Source of the DNA: Haliotis rubra
Taxonomy: Eukaryota
DNA length: 64,000 nt
Direction of reading: 5' to 3'
Assembly (NCBI RefSeq): GCF_003918875.1
Contig: NW_025766968.1
Location: forward strand, 4,092,001 to 4,156,000
Below are positions 37,541 to 51,411 of the stretch, piece after piece. Every line of letters starts with the position of its first letter. The first letter of the stretch is position 1. The notes under the pieces are model-generated. The model made no database searches and was not told the origin of the DNA. It saw nothing but the letters and a program-made list of their open reading frames with translations. The translations under genes and the position numbers were made by a program.

Positions 37541-38508
37541 TGTCTTTGGACATATTTTAGCATGGAAAATAGATTTCAATAAAACCAGCTAGTATTTGTA
37601 GCAGTACTTCATTCTCTATTCATCTTGTATCAAGTAAGCTATGCAATATTCTCAGTCAGGAACACCCAGGTACATAATAACATCAATACAGTGTATTTAA
37701 TCCTTTACAGCCATTTCTTATTGTAAGTGTGTGTGGTAATAAGAGCCCCTCACTCCATTCTTTCTGGTATAAAAGTGCCTGAATAAGCATATCCGAACCC
37801 ATAGCTCCGTGACATTATCAAATTCTGAACATCGACAAAAGGTAACAGTATATGTTTTGTATCTACATCACACAGAGAATAAATTTATCATAAATTACAT
37901 TTTGGCGTTTTGTAGGCATGTGATTCATTCGTTGTGTGACATCCGATATTGGGCACCAACGCTGAGCACCCCCATGGTTATAATTATTAAGTTATTGGTA
38001 CTTCTTCTGTGGGGGGTACCGAGATATATGTCCACCCTCCTGGTATCTTATTCCCCTCAATAACATCAAGGAGATTCAATGAGATGTGAATACCTTTTGT
38101 TAATGCTGATACTACAACGTCCAGCCACATGATATTGAATACTTGATCATCGTGTTTTCAAATGGGCTCATTTCCCAAGTTTAGCTGACAAATAGGATCA
38201 AATTTGATGCAATGTTTACTTGAATAACAAATTTTATGGCTTTCAGATTGCAATATTGTCTCTAGCACATGTAAATATTTGACAACTGATGGAACTTCAA
38301 TTTGAAGGTTTTCATTATTTTTTCATCCTTTGGAGAGTTCATATAGCCTTCAGTGTTTTTGACAGCCATAACAGGTCATGGCAATAGATATTATATAAAG
38401 AAGAATTACAGTATCTGCTGTTGACGACTAAGCATAAACATTGGTGCCAAATGTCATCTCAAACATTGGTACTGAGGAGTCTTTACCATCCAAAAAGAAC
38501 GTGAAGAG

Positions 38509-38811
38509 TTTGTTTGTTTGTTTGTTTGTTTGTTTGTTTGTTTGTTTGTTTGTTTGTTTGTTGTTGAACTCCTCAATCAGCAATATTCCAGCTATATGAA
38601 GGCGTCCTTTAAATAATCAAGTCTGGTTGAGACAACCCAGTGATCAACAGCATAAGCATCAATCGACACAATTGGGATACAATGACATGTGTCAACCAAG
38701 TCAGCGAGCCTGACCACCCGATCACATTTGTCGCCTCTTACGGCAAGCATAGTCGCCTTTTGTGGCAAGCATGGGTTGCTGAAGACCTATTCTACCCCGT
38801 GATCTTCGGGG
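38509..38811 (-). mobile_element. SINE-like family A with long (CAAA)n tail
   Basis: Matches the consensus, with an extra agtcgcc..ggcaagcat segment. Confidence 0.9.
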
Positions 38812-40920
38812 GCCTCATAATATTACCTATAAAGAGAGTATAAATACTTTCTGATATTTGCAAATGTATACATTCATCATTCTAAATGCTGAATGGATGG
38901 TTGATGATATACACATTGCTTCATTGAGAAGTATATGTATGATGTCATCCTTTGTAAATGATGTCACAAACTGATTACATGACATCATATGAACAATGTT
39001 ATTGACATCAATAAACTTTGTTTTTTCTTCATTGTTTATAAATTACAGTGAATGATATACAGCATAACCCACATAAAACTCAGAATTATCGAGAGTCTGT
39101 CTCTTAAAAAAGCTGAGGGTTTAAAGCATTATACAGAGCATCTGCCCTTTGTGAAGTATAAGGGTCTAAGTAATTATTCACTTGGGGCAGATAATCCATA
39201 ATTACACACAGCTTGACGTCTTAAAAAGTATTCAAGTAATTTAAATTAATTCTGAAAAAGAAGCACTTGCAGCATTTTTGTGTACATAAACATGTCCCAA
39301 TATAAACAATGTTGTCTGCAATACCATTTAACTAGAAATATTTTGTTTTTAACAAAATGAAAAATCACACTTTTTACTTCCATGTTGATGTTTAATGCAC
39401 TATTTTATATACACTTTTGTTTCAGTGCTGTAATTCCTTTGTTTTATGGGATTTTTGGTAAAACTTTAAAAAATACTTGCTGATGATGTGGAACATGAGA
39501 AGAAATATCTGAAAAAGCAATCATATATCAAAATCATTTGCAGTTTAAGTTTATAAAATAACCTAAATTCACGGAACTGTTTATTTTGTGAAGCTATGTG
39601 TGAAAACATGAATTGAAACACAGGATCATTGAAGCTTGGCATCCGTTTCCCCAGAGATGGAATGGTATATGTTGTCTGGTACAAGACCTCTAAGAAATGT
39701 CTTCTGCAGGTAGGGGGTGTGTTTTCTTATTGTAACGTTCCATCTTTTTGTAGGGCCCCCGTAGTCAAGCTGTGACAATTCTAACATATTGCCACCGGAT
39801 GCTGCATGTAACATTTAACATCAGATATTGACACAATAAACCATTAGGAAAAAAAAATCATTTTTCAAAATGTGTTAAATTCTCTTAAATTGAAATGAAA
39901 GTCTCATAAACACTTTAGCGTTATATGTACAAATGTTTCAAATACTTGAAAAATGAAACATTTGTGCAGTTTCTCTTCTCAAAACATGGTATTTGATATA
40001 TAGCGACATTAAAACAAGATACGGTTAGAAAACTGTGACAAATGTTCAATGAAATACATGTTTAGATAACGTCAGCATCTTTTGAATCAAACCCTTCCCA
40101 TGCTATGTCCAACAACTCTGATCTGAAGCTGCAAATTCAAACAATATGGGAATATTTCTTTTCTCCTGTCAGTGAAAACTGTTTTTGTAACGACTAAATT
40201 TTAAATAATTCATGTACAGTGTTCTGTTCAAGTCTCAAGAGAGTACACATATAATGCTGAATAAAGAATTCCTCGATATGATGATTACACTATGATATCA
40301 AAGCATAGATTGTATTTCTCGACACCATCTCCTGGAGTGATGGGAATTTTTCAGAGTTTTTGTCAAAGCTGCGTTATTGCTCATAGCTTTATACAATTCC
40401 GTCAAGCCACTGGTTTTAAATGAATAAAATATTTCTACATCACATCACCATAAGTACTGTAGGCTTTGATCAGTTTTAAAAAGCTGCTGTTGTTTTCAGT
40501 GGCAGGTTTTTACCTTAGGAAAACAGCGTGTTTTGTGTTATGATTTAATTCAGCAGAAATGGAATGAAATTGGAGACAGTATAGTGATTTGCCCTGGAGA
40601 AACATATGGATACTGAAAAGCCTTGAAGAAGAGACTTGAAGATAAGTGAAACAAAGTTTGTCATCAAAACTTTCTCAAAACAAATGAGTGAAAGGGCGAG
40701 GGGGAGAGAGAAAGTAGAGGCATTGAGTTTTTGATATAGTGTAGTTGTTTCATCAATATCAAAATTCCAGAACAAGCTGTGGACATAAATCCAAGGACCA
40801 CATCTAAGGTCTAATGGATTGTGCCTCTACAGGGAGAGAGGAAGTATTATGGTGTCATGCAAGGAATGATGAAAGACAGTAGTTTTTGTTATTCTGCCTG
40901 GATCTTAATATTTAGGGAAT

Positions 40921-41169
40921 GTTTTTTTTATTTGTTTGTTGTTTAATGCCACACTTAGCAATATTCCATCTATATGGCAGCGGCCTGTAAATAATCCAAG
41001 AATGGACCAGACAATCTAGTGATTGACATCATGAGCATCGATCTACACAATGAGGATATGATGACAGGTGTCGACCAAGTCAACGAACCTGACCACCCGA
41101 TCCCGTTAGTCGCCTCTTACAACAAGTATGGGTTGCTGAAGACCAATTCTAACGCGGATCTTCATGGGT
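40921..41169 (-). mobile_element. SINE-like family A at the GPC/L junction of unit G
   Basis: Matches the consensus. tatttaggg flanks both ends. Confidence 0.9.
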
Positions 41170-42050
41170 ATTTAGGGGATGAAACTGGGATAAAAGCCAT
41201 TTTACTTGATATAAATAATAGACAAAATATTTCTAGTAGCTGCAATCAATGAGCAGCTGGAACAAACAATTCATGACCAAAGATTGATGATGAAACTGCA
41301 GCTAATTCACAACACAAGAAGTACAAGATAATCTCAGGCTGATTGGCTACAGTGTATATGCTACTTCTGTACATGTGGTAGATCTATCATCTACCTATGT
41401 CGGCACCAGTTTCAGTCTCATAATGATAACTGGTGCAAGATGTAAAATGCTTAGCTAGTGTTTAGTATTTGAACGAGGGCATAATCAGTGAATTCTAGAC
41501 TGAAATATAGGACAACATATGAATGTATCAATTATCTCTGCTACATTCTAGTTGCGAAATTAGAAATAGTCTTATCCATGGAAATGAAAAGCCAGAGGGG
41601 TTGTATACACTTTTATGTGAATACTAAATAATCACATGAACACATTTGTTTTACAATGCCTGTCTATCAGAGTGAGTGAGTGAGGGTATAAGACCATATT
41701 GAAAAATATTTCAGCCATAGAATGTAATGTCAATTGAATGAGGGACAAAAACTTAATTTATGCAGATCTCACAATTTCAAACTCGACCAAACTCATGATG
41801 CTGTAAAAATATATAACATAATCAGGTAGAATCCGAGGCTTGAACCCATGACCATAGGCTCCTTCTATGCCTAAGGGAAGCAACTCTGTACAATTGATGG
41901 TGGTGCCTTAGACGCCTGGGCCACCCAGTCATAATGAAGCTGGAACTAGATTCTTTTCTTTCCTTCACATCCATCTTCTTTCTTTAAGGAATCATCATTT
42001 GGAACCCTATCATCTGCAGCTCATCACCTGGGACACCTCACCATTAGGAA
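41170..42050 (-). pseudogene. GPC: Hantavirus-like GPC relic, unit G
   Basis: MVRCP~MKIECP; YSHKSVYNP~YSYRRKLVNP; LAFHF~LPFHF; YHYET~YQYET (~41414-41430); TTCT~TGCT. Confidence 0.75.
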
Positions 42051-42069
42051 GAGTAATTCGAAGAACACA

Positions 42070-42550
42070 TCAACTCTATTTCAATCCTATTCCAACAATG
42101 AACCTTCTCAGTTCAGAAGTTAAATGGAAGCTGAACACTACAGTGTATCTTAATGTTTCAAGTCTTGATCATGTCAGGTCTTTAAAGCTAGTATTATTTA
42201 ACACCAGTTGTACGGACATATTATCTGCATGATGGCAAAAAGACTGTTGTATACAAGTTGTTAATTACAGTGATATGAGGCTGATTATTGTTGCCACTTG
42301 GCCTCTTTGCAGCCTGACAGGCCAGAACACCTTAGTAGGGACACACATGTGTAAAAACACACACAGGCAATCAGGCCATGTAATTAGATGGCACAACTCA
42401 CCACAGGATGCTAAAATGACAAAGTAAACACACTTTTTTCAGACTTGAATGTTTTGTTAAGGGAATCCTGCAGGGTGAGTTTGAACTAGATTTGACTTCA
42501 TTACCAAATTCTTGGCAGAGATTCTCCAAGCGGTTTCACTGTCAGCACCT
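42070..42550 (-). pseudogene. N: Hantavirus-like nucleocapsid relic, unit G
   Basis: FAIMQ~FSILQ; VFSFHL..SELR~VDNFHL..PELR. Confidence 0.65.
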
Positions 42551-43199
42551 GATATTTTAAGTTAAAAAACACATGAACGTGGTTGTGTGGTTTTGTTTTT
42601 CAAATTCTTCCACATTTTGAAAAATGTCTGTGGATGTTTTCCTGAAAACTGATAATTTATTAAAACGATTTCTCTTTTTATACAATGAATACTTTCTGAT
42701 GTGAATATATGGTAGCTTTTACAGTTTTAAAATTCATTAAGAATTCTGTAAAAAGGGATAATATCTTCCTGAAAACAGATAAATCATGAAATTCATATCC
42801 TAGTTTATTATATAAATGGCTTCTTATTACAGAATAACTACAGTGTTTATATAGAATTTAAATATAAAAAAGTCATTCCCACTGAACAGAAATTATTTAC
42901 AAGGCATTTAAAGTGATAAAGTTCCAATAGAAGGAAGATATTTCAGCTCATAATCAAATGTCTGGGCTTAAGTACATTTATGTAAGAAGACACCAGGTTC
43001 GTAAAATATATCCTGAGAAATCTCAAGTAATATGTCAAAACTATGAATGATTCAAAATATTCTCATTTGTATTCCAACAGTTTTTTCATATTATGTGGTA
43101 GTTAAATGGAAAACAATTTGAATTCATAACACATCTTCCTGTAATCTAAGAAAATGAATTTATTCATGTAAATGATAAAATTTGTCCCACTTTTAAAAG

Positions 43200-43360
43200 A
43201 ATCAAGTGCAACATCTAGTTTTCGTAACATCGCCTGCTAGAGAGGGAAAGGATGTGGCATTTTAAACATCAGAATCAATAGTTTTAAGCCATACAGTCTC
43301 CATTCGTGGTAACATTTAAGGGAAACCTAAAACTAATGTAAGCTTTTGACTGATTTGATA
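43200..43360 (-). pseudogene. L: Possible L N-terminal stub, unit H
   Basis: VTTNGDCM~LTAVECI right after the Gc TM. Mostly a positional argument. Confidence 0.3.
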
Positions 43361-43369
43361 AAAAGATAT

Positions 43370-45580
43370 TTCGACAACTATGATATGATTCCCATCATGC
43401 TGGCTCCAGAAAAGCTCAATGGAAGTCTTTATATGTACATTTGAACTAATCCAACATTTGTCCAAGGAATTGAACAATTGTACAAACAAAACTAAACTGG
43501 AAACTAGACTGAGTTTTAAATTTCACCAGCAGCATGTTGGAGACATGGGTTTCAGCTCTACAGTCTGCATCATTGCATGCACTCTCTATATCTTACCATC
43601 ATTCAGTGCTTTCATGGTGCCTACAAACCAAGAATAATACTGGGATAATGCAGGATTCAAACCTAGAACGGGGAGTGGGGCAACCAAGTGGTTGAAGCTT
43701 TCCCCAGAGCCAGGATGTGATTCCCCACATGGGTACAATGTGTGAAGCTTGTTCTGTTGCCCATGCCATGATATTGTTGGAATATTGCTATACACATATT
43801 TGTCTTGGGTTGCATGTATATTTGTTTGTTACAAATGTTTTTGGTTACATTTACTTCTACACATTCACTTTGTTTACATATAAGACTGACAGAAATATAT
43901 TTTGTATTTATTGCTGTAAGAATACTTGGTGTCACTCACAGTTGAGAAATGTTGGGGATGGAAGTCTTTTCTTTGGGGGAAAACAGATCCCTTTTAAGAT
44001 AGTACGTCTGTCTCAGAGCAGAACCTAAAACTCTTGCTATCATATTGGTGAACTGCTATAAACTATCATTAACTCAGCATTTTTCTGTTAAAATAAACAC
44101 ATGTTCATTTTTTTGGCTAACATGTTGAAGTCTGTCATGAATTAGTGGCCAAGTGGAGCTCTATTAGCATTTGATTGTCCTGGTAATATCAATTTGCTAA
44201 TCTTTAGGTTAAAAATCTATCTCAAATTTATCAGCAGCCACATTGGAGATGTGAGGATTATAAATGATTATTAACATCAGTTATGTTACAACATATTGAG
44301 ATTAACCAGTGTCAGATGTACACATCAAGGGAGACAATTCTTGAAGAAGAGGAATTGTATTAATTACATAATGCCTGGCCAATTTGATGTGATATCTGGG
44401 TCAAACAGATGAGGATACTGGAAACTGAAGCATGTGGTTAAACTTGACAGAAAGTATTTGATTATAGTTATGAATTATTGATATTAATAACTTAAGAATT
44501 AATATAGTAATTATTATTAAACAAATACATTTGATGACTGTTTATATTAAACATCCATGGTTTGATAAGATGTCTTCACTCACTTGATAAGGGGCGGTGG
44601 GGTAATCTAGTGGTTAAAGTGTCCGCTCGTCACGCCGAAGACCCGGGTTCGAATCCCCACATGGGCACAATGTGTGAAGCCCATTTCTGGTGTCCCCCGC
44701 CGTGATATTGCAGGAATATTGCTAAAAGCAGCGTAAAACCATACTTACTCACTCACTCACTCACTTGATAAGATATTATTGATTTTGAAGCTTCTTCTGA
44801 AGTTCTCTAAATACATTTGAATGATATTTAATTAGTCATGTACATATAAAAGTTTGGAAAATGCAAACTATTAATTATAGCAATAAAGGCACATATATTT
44901 TAACCACTAAACCAAATCATAATTGATCTGTCCTACATATAAAAAGAAGCTGTGATATTTGCTAAAACATATTTAGTCAGATATTTATTGAATGTTGCAT
45001 GTGACAGATTTTGACATAATTGATAACAGCATCTGAACGTTATGTTTTCACAACACTCTGCCTTTGCACTTGATAAATACAGGTATAAATACAGGTAAGT
45101 AGAGCTGAATGGCTGAATGTAATTATTTTACTGAGGGTAGCATGCATGCATAAACAGGTCCATATGTTATTGATGCAATGTTGTTATGCATCTTGGCAGG
45201 TGGCAAGACAGCACCGCTGTTCCACATGTGCATCTGATAACTGCAATATGTTGTTGAAATAGTCTAACATAGCATCAGTGTATTTTTTTCCAAAAGAAAG
45301 ATATGTCTGATAGCAAATTATCAAGAAGATCTTGAGAAGAATGTGATGTGTTAACCTTGAGTATTAATGCTGGATTATTTTATCACAGACAGTTAAAAAT
45401 GTTTGACAGAGTATTTAGAGGTATGTTTATGTTAAAATCAGTTAGCGGCAAGGGTAAGCAATTTGGGTCGACATACACCATACGAAGTGCATATGTTCCT
45501 ATGATGTCTTATGTTAACAGGATAATTTGCATTTCTGAATGTTTGACTTTGCATTTCAACATGAATCAAAGTTGAGGTCA
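43370..45580 (-). pseudogene. GPC: Hantavirus-like GPC relic, unit H
   Basis: IIGTYAL~VIGYVEL; LNTL~LNTI; IGQ; YYLKRDLFSP~YSYRRKLVNP; ACNDADC..VSNML~ACDSAMC..VTNLL; KCWI~KCWF. Confidence 0.78.
44591..44764 (+). mobile_element. SINE family B, young full-length copy (tRNA-Asp-like head)
   Basis: ggggcggtggggtaatctagtggttaa..cgtcacgccgaagacccgggttcgaatcccc; TSD cacttgataag. Confidence 0.93.
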
Positions 45581-46150
45581 CAGAGTGTTGTCCATTTCAC
45601 CTTGCTTGTCAATGGGTGTCATCCATTCCATCTAGCTTGTCACAGAGTGTCATCCACTCCATCTAGCTTTTCACAGGGTGTTGTCTATTTCATCTAGCTT
45701 TTCACAGGGTGTTGTCCATTTCATCTAGCTTGTCACAGGGTGTTGTCCATTTTACCTAGCTTGTCACAGGGTGTTGTCTATTTCACCCAGCTTGTCATAG
45801 GGTGTTGTCCATTTTACCCAGCTTGTCAATGGGTGTCATCCATTTCAACCAGCTAGTCACAGGGTGTTGTTTTACCTACCTTGTTACAGGGTGTTGTCCA
45901 TTTCACCCAGCTTGTTACAGGGTGTTGGCCATTTCACCCAGCTTGTCACAGGGTGTTGGCCATTTCACCCAGCTTGTTACAGGGTGTTGGCCATTTCACC
46001 CAGCTTGTTACAGGGTGTTGGCCATTTCACCCAGCTTGTCACAGGGTGTTGTACATTTCACCCAGCTTGTCACAGGGTGTTGTACATTTCACACAGCTTG
46101 TCACAGGGTGTTGTACATTTCACCCAGCTTGTTACAGGGTGTTGTACATT
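45578..46150. repeat. 31-bp minisatellite (~18 copies) at the N/GPC junction of unit H
   Basis: Unit cacagggtgttgtccatttcacccagcttgt. Confidence 0.96.
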
Positions 46151-46169
46151 TTGTCTAAGATGAACAAGG

Positions 46170-46720
46170 TGCTGTTCATTGTCACCTTGAACTAACTCTT
46201 TAGTAAATAGTGTGTTCTAATATGTTTGTGGAAACATAAATGATTCAGTAAGCACATGAACTAACATGGTTGCCTTATATCATCCTCCCAATGGTCACAA
46301 AACAGTACTTTATGTATATACAAAGTTTGAAACTTTTCCCGTCTCAGATGTTTATGATACAGAGTTAGTCATGAAAATTACACCCAAAGCCTGTTTTGTA
46401 CACATCCTGAGATTATTCATTGAAAGACGAGCACTTCAGCCAGGATATCTATCCTCAAATTGCAAGTTCATTTTAGAGACATACAATTACCGTCTGTGGC
46501 CTGTCTTTGATGGTTCTAAAATATATTCTAAAATTTTTTTTGTGGTTTACATCATACAAGAGTAATTATACGAATATTCTAGATCATCGTTCTCCTGCTT
46601 GAGCATCTGCTGATGCCTGGAGAATATTATCATCATCAAAAGCAAACGGCTGACAATGTAACAATAAACCACCTTTGATCTGATTACACAAGAATCTTCA
46701 ATCCCATCCCCATCAGGAGT
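46170..46720 (-). pseudogene. N: Probable nucleocapsid relic, unit H
   Basis: LQFED~IRFKD; HWEDDIRQ~DWSDRIEQ. Confidence 0.5.
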
Positions 46721-46799
46721 AGGTGAAAATGGGTATTAGGCACGTTAAGTTTATGTTTTCTTCTTTCATACTACTCTGTCTATATACAAGCTGCCTGCT

Positions 46800-47620
46800 T
46801 TTAAGGTCTTAGTGTGTTGAACAAGTTCCCCTGGCCTAATCCTTTAAAGATGTGAAGGAATTATTACAAATCCCAATCATGGATCACTTCCAAGCTGAAA
46901 GCGCACATGTGTCTCAATGGCGTTGTGAGTGGGAGAAACATACAAGGACACTGTGAGACACTGCACGACACTGTGAGACATAGGCTGATGGATCTCCTTG
47001 CTGATCAAGAGTGGTATCTACAGGCCATCTGCACTGGAACATGTGCCTATCTCTCGACACCATTACAGGATTTGCCGGATATCCTCAATAAGCAGGGGGA
47101 CAGACCACCATCAGCTCTCAAGCCCCCTTGTTATGATCCTAATAGGAAAGGGGGTTCCACAAATCACCAATTTGTCGTGGCGGTGTAGATATTATTGCCA
47201 GTTGCCATAATTTACTGCCTACCGAGTTTGAAGCAGTATTGATTGCGTAGGTACAGATTTGTATTGGAACATGAATATTGACACATTAATTTCTGCCATG
47301 AATCCAGCTGTAATCTGTATGTTAGGTTTTCTTAGACAGAGATTAGTAAAGAAATAACTTCACACTTGTCAAGTAATCATTTTTGTCTGTCAAAGTTTAA
47401 AATTAAGTGGCATCCAGCAGAGGTGTAGTCTTTCAGCTAAATTGCCATGTGTTGATATGGTCCATGTGCCTCATCCTGATGATGAAACGACTCTTTGTTA
47501 TACCCCAGCTAGCATCTATAGCAGTTTGTGCTAGAAATAGTCATCGCCTATGTAGACATAAGCTCACTGATGTTGTTTATATATGAACATTCTTAAAGTC
47601 TGTTGACACAGTCTAGAAAT
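46800..47620 (-). pseudogene. GPC: Hantavirus-like Gc relic, unit I
   Basis: PYQ..KDYTSAGC~PWQ..KDY..TSWGC; ICTYAINTAS~ICEYDGNMVS; IMAT~VMAT; TRGLES*W~TSSIEGAW. Confidence 0.78.
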
Positions 47621-48031
47621 TGCCTACTGCCACAACTGCAGCACATTACTTATTCCGATGCAGCCATTTGTGTTGCTTGCTCTGTTTACTGTTGATATAT
47701 CCACCATTCTGTTTAGTTGCTCAACTATCTAGCTTGCATGCATTGACATCACTGCCTATATATTGGTCTCTACATATGTGTACTGATCTTTTTTTCCTGT
47801 CAATATCTGTCAATATATCTTTTAAAAAGTTCACCTATCTGATGATTTCTCACCTGTCTGTATTTGTTCACAGATTTGTAATTCTGTTCACAATCTGTTC
47901 AACTATCTGTAACCTGTTCACATGTCTGTTAATCTGTTCATATGTTCACCTATCTGTTAATCTGTACATTTACATGATGATCTGTTCAGTCATGTGTTCA
48001 ACTGTCTGTTGATCTAGTCTGTCATCTCTAA

Positions 48032-48148
48032 GAGTGAGTGAGTGAGTTTGGTTTTACGCCATTTTTAGCAATATTCCTGCAATATCACGGCAGGGGACAC
48101 CAGAAAGGGGCTTCACACATTGTACCCATGTGGGGACTCGAACACGGG
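48032..48148 (-). mobile_element. SINE family B, 5'-truncated
   Basis: Matches the family consensus. Confidence 0.88.
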
Positions 48149-48194
48149 TAATTTCCTGGTATATGGATGTGTTGTCATACATTAATTCTCACAA

Positions 48195-48534
48195 GTGAGG
48201 TGAGGTGAAATTGGGTTTAACGCTGCGCTTGAGAATATTTCGCTCATATGACAACGTGCATGCGTGTGTATGTGTATCGCCGGCTGCATGTACTAGCCCA
48301 GACTTAAGCTGGTTTTATAGTGCTAGCCCACTGAGATACCATGCCGCAGTGAAGCATGAATACCCCACTCAGACACATTATACTGACTCGAGCCGACCCA
48401 TTCATGCCAAGCGCCAGGCAGGGACCAACAAGAACCATATTTTAACATCTTTTGGTATGACGCGGTCAGGGATCGAACCCGCGACCTTCCGCTCTCCGGG
48501 CGGACGCTCTAACCACTACACCACGGAGGCGGTC
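48195..48534 (-). mobile_element. SINE family C, full length
   Basis: Close match to 9925-10285. 9-bp TSD ttctcacaa at 48186-48194 and 48535-48543. Confidence 0.92.
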
Positions 48535-48589
48535 TTCTCACAATTGAGCAGACAGACCTGATCATAAGGCTTGTTATGTTTTTGTGTGT

Positions 48590-48960
48590 CAGATTAATCC
48601 TATACTATAAATTGCAGGTGGATGATAGTCTGTAAATAATCAAGTCTGAACCAGACCATCCAGTGACTCATATATCGATCTAGGCGATAGGCATGATGCA
48701 ACACAACCAACCTGACCACCCAATCCATTTGGTCAAATCTTACCACCAGCATGGGTTTCTGGAGACCTACCCTAACCCAAATCCTGTTTATAATTCGGAT
48801 AAACAAAACACAAGCAAAGAACCAGACCTCCCACTCACCTGCATGCAGGGTGGTGGGGTAGCCTAGTGTTCACTGGTGATGCCCACGGCCTTGGGGGTTT
48901 GATTCCCCACATGGACACAATGTGTGAAGCCCATTTCTGAACCCAACTCACTCACTTACC
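48590..48960. mobile_element. Degenerate family A (-) followed by family B (+) SINE fragments
   Basis: Partial consensus matches. Confidence 0.7.
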
Positions 48961-48999
48961 TGCATGTACTCCACAGATCCCATGATCCTCGCAGTTGAT

Positions 49000-50000
49000 C
49001 AGCTCTTGAAAGCCTACGGTAATCTGTCTCACAGTCCCTGAACCACATTATTTTACCCTTTCGCCCAGCCCTTTCTGCAATGCTAAAGCCCTTAATGAAG
49101 CAAGTCTAGAATTTTGCAGGTGCTGAATCTCCCTTCTCACAGGGACTAATGTGCAATTTAAAAGGAATTATTTGTTTCTATGAAAACTACAAACTCATAG
49201 ACTACGCGTTAGTCTATTGAAAGCCATGCACTTTCTTGTGGCATAGGTTAGATTTGCCTCACCATACAGATTCAGTGTCAATTATGTATAATCCGTCTAA
49301 GCTTTATGGGCTCTATAACAATACCAGACAAGGTTTTATTGCATGCTGGGGAAATTGGAAGCATTAATAGACAAGAGATGAAATTAAGACCTCATCTCTT
49401 ATTTTCTTGCTTAATTAGCTCCCTCTATCTACCACCCCCACTCCCCACCATCCTCTATCTCCCACCCCCGCGCTCTCCCTCCATATTGATGGATTCATAT
49501 AATTACTTCAATGAAATGTCAATGTTGGAGGACAGTCATTATTATATCTCTTCAACATGAAAAGTAACAGAAGATCAAAGGTTCAATCTTAGAAGGGTTT
49601 TCATTATAATGTTGTAGACATACTACAATGACAGATTTTTCCATGCGTTTTAAGTGAGTGAGATAGTACGGCTTCAAGCAGTATATTCGGTTATGCCATA
49701 AAGTGGTTGGAAAATCTAAAGTGAGTGAGTAAGTTTAGGTTTACGCCGCTTTTAACAATATTACAGCAATATCACAGTGGGGGACACCAGAAATGGGCTT
49801 CACACATTGTACCCATTTGGGGAAGCGATCCTGGGTCTTCGGCGTGATGAGCAAACGCTTTAACCACGAAGCTAAACCCCCCACCCCAAGCAATGGTGAC
49901 TGAAGATGCTAACTGTTTGATTGAACCATAATGCTCTCAGAATGAGATTGGGTGGCATATGTAGTCTCTGTTGTAGCTTCATTACAACAATTGTAAGTCT
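49000..50000 (-). pseudogene. N: Hantavirus-like nucleocapsid relic, unit I (contains SINE B at 49721-49886)
   Basis: LILRALWF~ILLKALYM (ORF 49872-50078); LKPYYL~RKPKHL; ESVW~SSIW. DNA paralogy to 26611-26760. Confidence 0.65.
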
Positions 50001-50100
50001 GAATGAGTGAGTGAGTGGGCAGGACCGAGTCATATCATGACACATTAGATTAATGTCTAAAGAAACCCAAAGTGGCATATGTCCATGTTATATGCTTTGG

Positions 50101-50200
50101 TGGGCACAATGTGTGAAGCCCATTTCTGGTGTCCCCCGCCTTGATATTGCTGGAATATTGCTAAAAGCGGCATAAAACTAAACTCACTCACTCACTCACT
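50101..50200 (+). mobile_element. SINE family B, 5'-truncated
   Basis: TSD tatgctttggtgg. Confidence 0.88.
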
Positions 50201-50708
50201 ATATGCTTTGGTGGTTCCGATAAGTATTGGTATGATATTGACAAACCAAAGAACATTCAGTCAATCTGGGAATGTTGATCAGCAGATCCTGATGTGCCAA
50301 AGGGACATAACTCTGCATGTCAGTGGTGGCCAGCCTTACCACTATGTCACCTTTGCCTGCTAAATAGGTAGGGCTGTGATGCCAGAAGCAGAAGTGAAGA
50401 AAGATGGATGAGGTTTCTATACAGTTAGCCTTAGAAAATTACATGACCATCAAAGTCCAAAAAATGGATTTTTTTCAAGGGAGCCTGTGAGGCAGCAGGC
50501 AATACGCAGAAGATTTGATGAACATTGCTAATACTGATAAGAGTAGATGGTCATTCCACTTTCACATCCTATAGAGAATTCTTTCAAGATGCTGAGGTCA
50601 GTGACATCATTATGTCAGGCGATGTACAGCTAGACCTATTCAACATTCAATGATGTGTTGTACAGCAAGCACACTTATGTGGATAATGGAACCGTTTACT
50701 GTAGAACG

Positions 50709-50835
50709 CCATGGGCAACACCAAGAACATGGGCAACACCAAGAACATGGGTAACACCAAGAACATGGGCAACACCAAGAACATGGGCAAAAAAACCCAC
50801 CAAGAACATGGGTAACATCAAGAACAACTTGGAAC
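50709..50835. repeat. 18-bp minisatellite
   Basis: Unit catgggcaacaccaagaa. Confidence 0.95.
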
Positions 50836-51411
50836 AGTCATGCAACAGATGACATGACAGAATGGTCATAGTCCTATATGTTTGTTTGTTTGCCCAGCTG
50901 TGTGACGATGGTCTGTGAACAGTAGTGTTGGGAATTGGTTGAAATCTCACAATTGATAATTGGTTCATTACCAACGAGTAATCATCGAAACAAATAGGCT
51001 AGCGTCAATTTTCAGATTTTGGTTCTGTTGTTTTTTGTTTTATTTAGAAACCGTGCGCAAATTCCATTTGCAAATTTCACACCCAATGTAAAATGATGCA
51101 ACTTGTTACTTTAAAGTGATGACTATTATATTATGAACATAAACTTCCTGAAGTGTTTAAGAAATATGAAGTCATGACTTTTCAGCAAGTGAAGTGAGCT
51201 TTCTAAGAATTAAACATATTTTCAGCCTCTGACAACTTCTAAGCTATGTTCCATCGTCAAGTGTTTCAAACACTAAACCAGTATTTCCAAAATTGTCTGT
51301 GTTCGATTATGAGAAAACGTGATCGATTGCTTGGTCGTTTGGTCAATGCGACCAATCTTCGATTATTTCAATTAATTGGAACACCACTAGTAAACAGTCA
51401 CCTTGAAACCT

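Larger units (their letters stand above)
36490..40850 (-). pseudogene. L: Hantavirus-like L relic, unit G
   Basis: RHN~RHD; LHAASGGNML~LHAYNNGNVI (ORF 39626-39814); KLKL..IYDCFFRY..STS~KMKL..IFDNLRY..VTS (ORF 39466-39684); LDVIE~LEIIE; YIS; AQRWCP~ATKWSP; LGLFKIIKMTCQDET~LGLFKFLMKLSDET (ORF 37182-37391). Confidence 0.87.

Noticed and set aside
44591-44670. Functional tRNA-Asp gene
   Set aside because: It is the head of a multi-copy SINE with body, tail and TSD.
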